DNA of 33,893 nucleotides, taken from Coleofasciculus sp. B1-GNL1-01. Lineage in GTDB: Bacteria; Cyanobacteriota; Cyanobacteriia; Cyanobacteriales; Coleofasciculaceae. Position numbers and translations under genes: made by a program. Where the stretch lies: NCBI GenBank assembly GCA_040220235.1, contig JAVJTO010000100.1; one strand, 5' to 3'. Shown piece after piece: positions 26,139-33,893 of the stretch (position 1 is its first letter; every line of letters begins with the position of its first letter). The notes beneath the pieces were generated by a model that saw nothing but the letters and a program-made list of their open reading frames with translations, was not told the origin of the DNA and ran no database searches.

Positions 26139-27467
26139 TTAGGCGCGATCGCACTCTTCAAGCCTACGCCAGATCTTAATGGTCTTGTCGCTACTCCCAC
26201 TAATCAATCGCTGTCCATCGGGACTGAAAACCACGGATGTTACTGCACCCGCATGGTCAGATAAAGTGTCAATTAACTCCCCATCCTCCAGATTCCAGAG
26301 TTTCAGGGTTTGGTCACAACTTCCACTGACTAAGGTTTTCCCATCCCGACTAAAGGCAAGACAGCGCACCTCATCAGTATGTCCCTTTAATGTATATCTT
26401 TCCTGTCCAGTTCTCATGTCCCATAATTTAATCGTCCAGTCTGCACTTCCACTCGCCAGCCATTGTCCATCGGGGCTAAATATGACCGCATAAATTCCCC
26501 TTTGATGTCCGTTGAGTGTGATCGTATCGTTGCGAACAGAGGAACGCACATCCCAGAGTTTAATCATGCCATCCCGACTCCCACTCGCTAGGATTTGTCC
26601 ATCGGGACTAAAGGCTACTGTATGAACTTTGTCCCCATGTCCTTTAAAAATGCGTTTTTGGGCTAACGTATTAGCATCCCAAAGTTTAACAGTACAGTCA
26701 GCACTCCCACTTGCCAAGGTTAAACCATCGGGACTAAAGGCGACGGCGAGAAAATAGTAAAAATAGCCCTTTAGACTGCGTTTTTGCTGTCCAGTACGAG
26801 TATCCCACAGCTTAATCGTATGATCCGCACTACCACTGGCTAAGGTTTGTGCGTGAGGATTAAAGGCGATGGATAAAACTGGCTGGGAATGTCCTTTAAG
26901 GATGAGGTGTTTTTGTTCAGTTTGAATATCCCACAATTGGATTGTATTGTTAATCGTGTTAGTGGCGATAATCTGCCCGTCTGGATGAAGTGTAAGCGTG
27001 GTAATTGGCGCTAAATTTCCGGTTAGGGTGTTGACACATTGCCATCGGGGAATGGTGTCTGGTAAAAGCGGTTGAATTTCTACAGCAGGCTCAATCGTGG
27101 GAGAATTGGGTTCTAGGGTTGGGAATTGTGCGATCGCACTCTGTAATTCCGTAATCTGGGATGGGAGAGAGTCTAAGTTAGTAACTTGTTGTTGGAGTTG
27201 TGCGATCACACTCTGTAATTCTGCAATCTGGGATGGGAGAGATTCTAAGTTAGTAACTCGTTGCTGGAGGAGTGCGATCGCTGTTTCTGTCTGTTGATGA
27301 GTCTTCTGATCAAATCGCCCTCGATTAGCTAGATTCAATCCCAGAGTAATCGTAATCGGTGCGGCGGCGTAAACCGCCTGCTGAGTAGCGGCGGCGATAA
27401 CCGTTCCCAATCCTGAACCAGCGAGGAAAAGGTATTCGGTAATCTTTAGCCAGTGGCGGTTACTCAT
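26139..27467 (-). CDS. WD40 repeat protein with N-terminal hydrophobic segment and coiled coil
   Basis: Seven WD40 repeats; 24-aa duplicated coiled-coil unit. Confidence 0.9.
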   Translation of the reverse strand: MSNRHWLKITEYLFLAGSGLGTVIAAATQQAVYAAAPITITLGLNLANRGRFDQKTHQQTETAIALLQQRVTNLESLPSQIAELQSVIAQLQQQVTNLDSLPSQITELQSAIAQFPTLEPNSPTIEPAVEIQPLLPDTIPRWQCVNTLTGNLAPITTLTLHPDGQIIATNTINNTIQLWDIQTEQKHLILKGHSQPVLSIAFNPHAQTLASGSADHTIKLWDTRTGQQKRSLKGYFYYFLAVAFSPDGLTLASGSADCTVKLWDANTLAQKRIFKGHGDKVHTVAFSPDGQILASGSRDGMIKLWDVRSSVRNDTITLNGHQRGIYAVIFSPDGQWLASGSADWTIKLWDMRTGQERYTLKGHTDEVRCLAFSRDGKTLVSGSCDQTLKLWNLEDGELIDTLSDHAGAVTSVVFSPDGQRLISGSSDKTIKIWRRLEECDRA

Positions 27468-27622
27468 AGCGGGTGCAACGGGAAATGGGCGGCGGGATTA
27501 GGTAAAAGGGTAGCCTAATTTTCACCGCATCTGGCAAAATCAGGGAATAACTCAAATTAGAGCGATCGCGACCCATTTCCCGATACAATATCTGGGCATT
27601 GTCGCAGCAAAAGGTAGGCAGA

Positions 27623-28495
27623 ATGGTACAGGCAACGATTGGTATTATTGGCGGTAGCGGACTTTACCAAATGGATGCCCTCAAAGATGTGCAAGAGGTG
27701 CAAGTGGATACCCCCTTTGGCAAGCCGTCTGATGATTTAATTGTGGGTACTCTAGAAGGAACGACCGTTGCCTTTCTTGCCCGTCATGGTCGTAACCATC
27801 ATCTCATGCCCACTGAATTACCCTTCCGCGCCAATATCCACGCGATGAAACAGTTGGGTGTTAAGTATCTGATTTCCGCCTCAGCCGTGGGCTCCCTCCA
27901 GGAAGAAGCCAAACCTTTAGATATGGTCATACCCAATCAATTTATTGACCGCACCAAAAATCGTGTATCTACCTTTTTCGGTGAGGGGATTGTGGCACAT
28001 ATTGGCTTTGCTGAACCCGTATGTCATCAACTCGCCGGGGTTTTAGCTGATGCGGTGGCTAGCTTACAGTTAACTGATGTCACCCTGCATCGCGGTGGCA
28101 CATACATCTGTATGGAAGGACCCGCCTTTTCCACTCAAGCTGAATCCCATCTCTACCGGAGTTGGGGTGCAACGGTGGTTGGAATGACGAATTTACCCGA
28201 GGCAAAACTAGCGCGAGAAGCCGAAATCGCCTACGCCACCTTAGCCCTAGTCACCGATTATGATTGCTGGCATCCTGATCATGACAGCGTAACCGTAGAA
28301 ATGGTGATTGGCAATTTACGGCGCAATGCGACGAATGCTCAACAGGTGATTCAAGAAACCGTGCGGCGTCTTGCCCAAAATCCCCCCCCATCCGAGGCAC
28401 ACTCAGCGTTAAAGTACGCGATTTTGACCCCACTCGACAAAGCGCCAGAGGCGACGAAGCAGAAGTTAAGCCTCTTCTTACAGAAATACCTTTGA
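27623..28495 (+). CDS. mtnP: S-methyl-5'-thioadenosine phosphorylase
   Basis: [47 protein letters not shown]. Confidence 0.95.
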   Translation: MVQATIGIIGGSGLYQMDALKDVQEVQVDTPFGKPSDDLIVGTLEGTTVAFLARHGRNHHLMPTELPFRANIHAMKQLGVKYLISASAVGSLQEEAKPLDMVIPNQFIDRTKNRVSTFFGEGIVAHIGFAEPVCHQLAGVLADAVASLQLTDVTLHRGGTYICMEGPAFSTQAESHLYRSWGATVVGMTNLPEAKLAREAEIAYATLALVTDYDCWHPDHDSVTVEMVIGNLRRNATNAQQVIQETVRRLAQNPPPSEAHSALKYAILTPLDKAPEATKQKLSLFLQKYL

Positions 28496-29254
28496 TGTTA
28501 TTCGTCATACTCGCTTCCCGAAAAGAAGCTGCAATAACTTGTGCCAGACTGAGAAAGTTTGCGTAATACAACGTAATATTAACAAACGTAAACTTATACC
28601 CATATTTACGTTTCCAACTGTGTATGATGGTTTGTATGACCCAACTGTATTACAGCGGCATCAAAAGATTTTCTCAAATCGCCGTTGTTACAGAAAGCCT
28701 CTGTTAGCTACAGGTTCTGACCCTGGTTGAGAGATGGTTAACAGAGGTTGGGTAAACAGGGTGCATCTACTATTCATACTCAGACGCTTATGTGTCCCTC
28801 GACTCTCTCATTCAAATATCTCATACAACACTATTTGTAATACAAAATAAAATCTTCGTAATACGTTGGCTGTAGTGAGAGCAATCTCCCAGAGGAGAGT
28901 CTGAGTAAATCACTCACGATCCTGGGAGATTTAATTAATTTATATGACAGGTATAAAAAAGTTACTTACACAAAAGCTGACGTTGCTAGCGTTTTAGGTT
29001 AGGGTTATGTATTAAGAGAGTTGTAAATTTCTGTAATCTCGACCGAGTAGTGGGAAGAAATCAAAAACAGGGTTTAGGGAATAGCGGCTGAGTGACTAAC
29101 GCTCGAAAGTCGCCGCTTCCACCCGGAAGGGGAGAGAGAACATCTATGCGATATGTGGGTAATCTTTTGAGGGAACGTTGCTATCTCACCGAACTCAACT
29201 CCCAGATCAACCAAATTATTACTCAGGATGCTGCTGCTAATACAAATAGATTAA

Positions 29255-31990
29255 GTGATTGCAACTAGAAAGCAGAGTAGGGGTTCAAAGGAATTGGCAA
29301 ACGATGCTCAAATTAACAACACCAAACGTTGGCAAAACCAAACGATGGTGTTATTCGAGTTGACTCAATCTCAGAGACTCAACGCCGGAGATTTGACCAC
29401 CGTAATTTGTGACTTGACAAAAGCCGCCGCCGATGCATTAGACGTTGAGCGAGTCAGCGTATGGTTGTACAACGATGCAGCTTCTCAGCTTAATTGTGTG
29501 GAACGGTATGAGAATGGTAAACACTATCATGGCTGGGACAAAACCCCAGGACAAAACCAGGGAAAAGATATCAGTCCACCTGTATTACCGAAGACGTGTT
29601 GTTGTCTTACCAGTCCCCTATTGCTGGGGCGATTGGATGTACCGATCTGGCAAAATGAAAAAATAATCGGTATTCTCAGCTACGAACAAAGCGTATCCAG
29701 TCCGAGGGAGTGGACGCCTCAAGACAAAACCTTTGCCAGCGCGATCGCGAATTTAATTGCCCTGCGACTGGAACAATGGCATCAGCAACAGGCAATGCAG
29801 GAGTTGAATCAGGGAGAAAGCCGTTACCGATTACTGGTTGAGAAGTCTCCCGATCTGATTTCTCAACATCGGACAGATGGGGTCTATTTATATGCTTCAC
29901 CCGCTTGTCGTACCCTCTTAGGATACGAATCTGATCAGTTGGTGGGACATTCCATTGACGAGTTGGTGCATCCTCAAGATGTCACCGCGATTAAACAGAT
30001 CTACTCCAACCCAACGGATTGCCAACATCAGCAGCCAATTCGCTACCGTATCCGTCATCAAAGCGGCGATTATCGGTGGCTAGAAAGCACGATCAATCCT
30101 ATATGCCATCCTCAAACCAATCAAGTAACCGAACTTGTCGTTGTCTCGCGGGAGATTAGTCAACCCCAGCCCGCCGCAGAATCACGCCACAAAGCCACAC
30201 CTCACGCCTTGAAGATGAACCCCTTAGCCGTGGCAAAACAGGCAAACCCATTTAAACCCTTGGGCTTAGGGTCCCGCCTTTCCCGATTAACCCATACCCC
30301 GGCGATGCCGACAACCCCCGCTCCACCCAGCCACAGCCGGATTTCTGCACTGGCGGCGGTGGTAGAAGATCGGCTGATGAGTGGCATGATGTTATTGGGG
30401 AATCAATCCCTTAACTCAGAATCTCGGCGTACCTTTAGCTGGGTTGCCAATGCCATTGCCGTTGCCATTGACCAATATTGGGCGCGTTCAGAACTACTCA
30501 GCCGTCGCGAATCTCTGCTTTTTGGGCTTGCCAATCAAATTCGCAACTCTCTAGAACTTCATACTATCCTGGAAACAGCAGTAGAATCGATTCGCACCCT
30601 ACTCAAAATCGATCGCTGTCAATTTCTCTGGTATCGACTCAAAACACAACCCCCCCATTGGGATGTCGTCAAAGAAGCCAGAACACCTAATTTATCCAGC
30701 TCTATCGGTCAACATTCAACCGAGCAAATTGCCCCCCTTGCCCAGCGGATTCTCCAGCGAGAAATTGTTCAGGTTGATGATGTGGAAACTTGTGATGACC
30801 CGATCCTAAAACAGTTTTTAACCCGACAGGGATATACCTCAATCTTGTCCCTACCGATTAAAACCCGGGCGGGAGACATTGGCGCGATTAGTTGTATTCA
30901 CGGGACAGAACAACGTCCCTGGGATAATAGTGAGGTGGAACTATTGCAAGCGGTTGTCGCTCAACTGACGATCGCACTCGATCAAGCCTCCCTCTACACC
31001 CAAGCCCGTGAAAGCGCTGAGATTGCCCAAGCCCAAACCCAAGAACTTGAACAAACCCTAAACCAGCTTCAAGCCACCCAAGCCAAACTGGTGCAGAGTG
31101 AAAAAATGTCCAGTTTAGGACAATTAGTGGCAGGTGTGGCACATGAACTGAATAATCCAGTTAATTTTATTCACAATAACTTGACCTACGCCAGTGCCTA
31201 TTTTTATGACCTCTTAAATCTGGTACGCCTTTATCAAGAGCATTATCCCAATCCGGCGGCGGCTATTGCCGAGCAAGAGGAACTCATTGATGTGGACTTT
31301 ATCGCTGATGACTTACCCAAACTGCTGCGTTCTATGCAACGGGGAACGGATCGGATTAGTTCTATTGTCCTCAGCTTACGCAACTTCTCCCGCCTGGATG
31401 AAGCCGAGATGAAACAGGCTGACTTAAATCAGGGAATTGAGAGTACTTTACTGATGTTACAACATCGCCTCAAACCCAAAGGGAACCAGCCAGAGATTAA
31501 AGTGCTGACCGAGTATGGGGATTTGCCCCAGGTAGAATGTTATCCTGGACAGCTAAACCAGGTATTTCTGAATATTCTCAACAACGCGATCGATGTTTTG
31601 GAGCAGTCTTTTAAAGATAATCCTGATTATCCTGCACCGATTATTGCTATTCGCACGGAGTTATTAGAAAGCTCTCCAGATTCCTCACACCAGCCCGACT
31701 CGCAGCTAGATATTCAGAATGAGGACAAGAAACTATCCGTAATGAATTGTCCCCGAATTGTGATTCAAATTGCTGATAATGGACAGGGAATTACAGATGA
31801 GGTAAAAGCACGGCTATTTGATCCGTTCTTTTCCACCAAAGCGGTTGGACAAGGGGTGGGTTTAGGATTAACGATTTGTTATCAAATTGTCGTCGAACAT
31901 CATCATGGTGTTCTCAACTGTACCTCTACACCGGGCAAAGGGACTGAATTTTGGATCGAGATTCCAATTCAACAAGTTATAACCTCATAG
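29255..31990 (+). CDS. GAF-PAS-GAF sensor histidine kinase
   Basis: H-box LVAGVAHELNNP, N-box QVFLNILNNAID, DNGQGI, FDPFFSTK, GLGL; start codon uncertain. Confidence 0.92.
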   Translation: MIATRKQSRGSKELANDAQINNTKRWQNQTMVLFELTQSQRLNAGDLTTVICDLTKAAADALDVERVSVWLYNDAASQLNCVERYENGKHYHGWDKTPGQNQGKDISPPVLPKTCCCLTSPLLLGRLDVPIWQNEKIIGILSYEQSVSSPREWTPQDKTFASAIANLIALRLEQWHQQQAMQELNQGESRYRLLVEKSPDLISQHRTDGVYLYASPACRTLLGYESDQLVGHSIDELVHPQDVTAIKQIYSNPTDCQHQQPIRYRIRHQSGDYRWLESTINPICHPQTNQVTELVVVSREISQPQPAAESRHKATPHALKMNPLAVAKQANPFKPLGLGSRLSRLTHTPAMPTTPAPPSHSRISALAAVVEDRLMSGMMLLGNQSLNSESRRTFSWVANAIAVAIDQYWARSELLSRRESLLFGLANQIRNSLELHTILETAVESIRTLLKIDRCQFLWYRLKTQPPHWDVVKEARTPNLSSSIGQHSTEQIAPLAQRILQREIVQVDDVETCDDPILKQFLTRQGYTSILSLPIKTRAGDIGAISCIHGTEQRPWDNSEVELLQAVVAQLTIALDQASLYTQARESAEIAQAQTQELEQTLNQLQATQAKLVQSEKMSSLGQLVAGVAHELNNPVNFIHNNLTYASAYFYDLLNLVRLYQEHYPNPAAAIAEQEELIDVDFIADDLPKLLRSMQRGTDRISSIVLSLRNFSRLDEAEMKQADLNQGIESTLLMLQHRLKPKGNQPEIKVLTEYGDLPQVECYPGQLNQVFLNILNNAIDVLEQSFKDNPDYPAPIIAIRTELLESSPDSSHQPDSQLDIQNEDKKLSVMNCPRIVIQIADNGQGITDEVKARLFDPFFSTKAVGQGVGLGLTICYQIVVEHHHGVLNCTSTPGKGTEFWIEIPIQQVITS

Positions 31991-32005
31991 GATTAATGTT
32001 CCAGA

Positions 32006-32244
32006 CTGCCTGTTGGGAGGATGATGGGGTTGATATAGATTACCTGAAATTCATTGCGCCTACTTTATATAATTTTGCCTTGCGACGTGCTGAACAAAAA
32101 AGTAAGTATAAAGGTGAAATATTTCCCGCTAATTACCCAGCTAATGATGCTGGAACAGTCTATTTAGATTTTTTTCAATTTGACACCAGAACGAATACGC
32201 GCAAAGGAATTCTGTCTATAGAGTTACAGAGGTGGACACCCTAA
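32006..32244 (+). pseudogene. C-terminal remnant of a DUF6932-like nucleotidyltransferase-fold protein
   Basis: ACWEDDG..YKGEIF..DFFQ.D..KGILSIEL.RW.P aligns with the C-terminal half of 32819-33265; the N-half with the GS/DxD motif is missing. Confidence 0.75.
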
Positions 32245-32759
32245 TGATAAAAAATGATCAACAATATCAGCAATCCTTAGATTGGTTGCGGCGCTTTGAA
32301 CAGTCTGTCGCCGAATTGGATAGTAATGATAACTTGAAAGCTGAACCAGTACGCTGGCAGCTTCATAGAGACTCCTATCAAAGTCAAGTTAACGAGTTAA
32401 AAGAAGAAATTGCTGAATATGAAAGACTGATTAATTGTGACAATAGCCAGCCGATTCAAATAAAAGTTGAGAGTTTGAATAAGCTGCCCGATGCTTTAAT
32501 CAAAGCCAGAATAGCTGCCAAAATGAGCCAAGAAGAACTGGCTGATTTGCTGGGAATTGAGCAGCAACGAGTTAAGCAATATGAGGACACCGATTATCAA
32601 TGTGCCAGTTTTGTAGAAATCCTGGAAGTTAGCACCGCGTTGGGTGTGGAATTTGAGACGGCTGTGATGCAGGTAGATTTTGCGGAAATAGAAGCGGTTA
32701 AACAAAGTGTAGAAAAATGGCGAAATAAAAATATGAATATGGTAACTAAAACGTCATAA
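32244..32759 (+). CDS. XRE-family HTH protein (putative antitoxin), copy 1
   Basis: MIKNDQQY start overlapping upstream stop (TAATG); LIKARIAAKMSQEELADLLGI..Q.V.QYE HTH. Confidence 0.85.
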   Translation: MIKNDQQYQQSLDWLRRFEQSVAELDSNDNLKAEPVRWQLHRDSYQSQVNELKEEIAEYERLINCDNSQPIQIKVESLNKLPDALIKARIAAKMSQEELADLLGIEQQRVKQYEDTDYQCASFVEILEVSTALGVEFETAVMQVDFAEIEAVKQSVEKWRNKNMNMVTKTS

Positions 32760-32818
32760 AGAATAATTGTGATACACTTAATAGCCAGACAATCGATTGG
32801 TGACACAGGTGTGAGGAA

Positions 32819-33265
32819 GTGATTCCAGAATTCGATAAAAACGGCAATCTACCACCAGGAGTTCATTTTTGCGAGTGAGAAGAGTTTCAGCAGAGATTTA
32901 GTACAACCTTGAAGAGACAGAACATGATAGATGGTTTGGAACTGGCAATGACCCAATTAAAAGCCGCAGGTTGTCGAACTATTTATATTGATGGTAGTTT
33001 TGTCACCAGTAAACCAAACCCGGGTGATTTTGATGCCTGTTGGGAGCCGGAAGATATGGATTACGATTATCTCCGCAAAAATGCCCCTAGATTACTAAAT
33101 CATTTAGATCGTAGCGCCCAGAAATTAACGTATAAAGGTGAACTTTTTCGTTCCGATCAATCTGTAGGAGATTACGGGTTAGTTTCTATAGAATTTTTTC
33201 AGCGAGATAGACAGTTCAATCCAAAAGGAATTATTGCCATAGATTTATTGAGGTGGGAACCATGA
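32819..33265 (+). pseudogene. DUF6932-like nucleotidyltransferase-fold protein with internal TGA at codon 20
   Basis: GTG 32819 after GAGG: MIPEFDKNGNLPPGVHFCE*EEFQQRF continues in frame into IYIDGSFVTSKPNPGDFD. Confidence 0.8.
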
Positions 33266-33768
33266 TTAAAAATGAAAAGCAGTATGAATACAGCCAAGAA
33301 TGTGCTAGAAAATTTGAATATTCCATCAAGACGTTAGATCAAGATGAAGCACTCAAGAAGAAAGATCCTGATGGTTGGCAGCTTTCTCGTGATGTAAAAC
33401 AATCTCATCTCATGGCTTTACAAGCCGAAATTACTGAATATGAAAGGCTAATTAATTGCGACAAGAGCCAGCCGATTCAAATAAAAGTTGAGAGTTTAAA
33501 CAAGCTGCCTGATGCTTTGATTCAAGCTAGGATAGCAGCAAAAATGAGCCAAGGCGAACTAGCTGATTTGTTAGGAATTGAGCAGCAACGAGTTCAGCAG
33601 TATGAAGATACCGATTATCAATGTGCCAGTTTTGTAGAAATCCTGGAAGTTAGCACCGCGTTGGGTGTGGAATTTGAGACGGCTGTGATGCAGGTGGATT
33701 TTGAGGAAATAGAAGCGGTTAAACAAACTGTGGCAAAATGGCGAAAGAAAAAGGCTCTTTCAGACTAG
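33262..33768 (+). CDS. XRE-family HTH protein (putative antitoxin), copy 2
   Basis: ATGA overlap with upstream stop; C-terminal two-thirds almost identical to copy 1. Confidence 0.85.
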   Translation: MIKNEKQYEYSQECARKFEYSIKTLDQDEALKKKDPDGWQLSRDVKQSHLMALQAEITEYERLINCDKSQPIQIKVESLNKLPDALIQARIAAKMSQGELADLLGIEQQRVQQYEDTDYQCASFVEILEVSTALGVEFETAVMQVDFEEIEAVKQTVAKWRKKKALSD

Positions 33769-33893
33769 CTATGATAAATTACTAAAAAATAATCTCCATA
33801 ATCCTTGCTACGCAAGAATCATGGAGATTAAAAAAAGCAATTCTAATAAAACAAGCTTTTGATTCTGTTGGAGCCTTTGCTACTTAAGAGTTT

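Noticed and set aside
29083..29117. Hammerhead ribozyme (CTGA..GA..GAAA..GTC)
   Set aside because: Core spacing is wrong and stems II/III cannot form
10419..31990. Numerous small overlapping or antisense ORFs within the large genes
   Set aside because: Shadows of well-supported CDSs (WD40 and Gly-rich repeats give open antisense frames)
32876..32878. Selenocysteine or programmed readthrough at the TGA
   Set aside because: Context suggests a Trp codon (CEWEEF) one substitution away; no SECIS-like hairpin evident

Overview
Cyanobacterial chromosomal window (frequent HIP1 octamers GCGATCGC, many REP/MITE-like palindromes; gene style suggests a filamentous cyanobacterium). Left to right: IS630-family transposase; tRNA-Arg(UCU) directly behind a TIGR02452/PARG-like macrodomain gene; a large DUF2157-like membrane protein flanked by a 63-bp direct repeat; a minus-strand tRNA array (about 9165 to 6705); a MITE-truncated WecB/TagA glycosyltransferase; an FHA/CHAT protein; a Ser/Thr kinase-FGE(CLec) protein whose 3' end looks like a DGR variable repeat; leuS; a Zn alcohol dehydrogenase; three WD40 proteins plus an Rpn nuclease; mtnP; a GAF/PAS histidine kinase; and two tandem nucleotidyltransferase-like/HTH modules whose NTase genes are both broken. 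The array has a sigma70 promoter overlapped by an 11-bp tandem repeat, an rrn-like boxA, 14 tRNA or tRNA-like genes (several aberrant) and two tRNA fragments. The most striking item is the end of that operon: a 209-aa coiled-coil protein with an internal two-fold repeat, followed immediately by an approximately 280-nt putative ncRNA. This RNA is closed by a 12-bp terminal helix and contains a tRNA-like cloverleaf, twelve phased 7-nt UYAAnnn units and a possible pseudoknot, making it a candidate protein-RNA system. All calls come from reading the sequence; no database searches were run.
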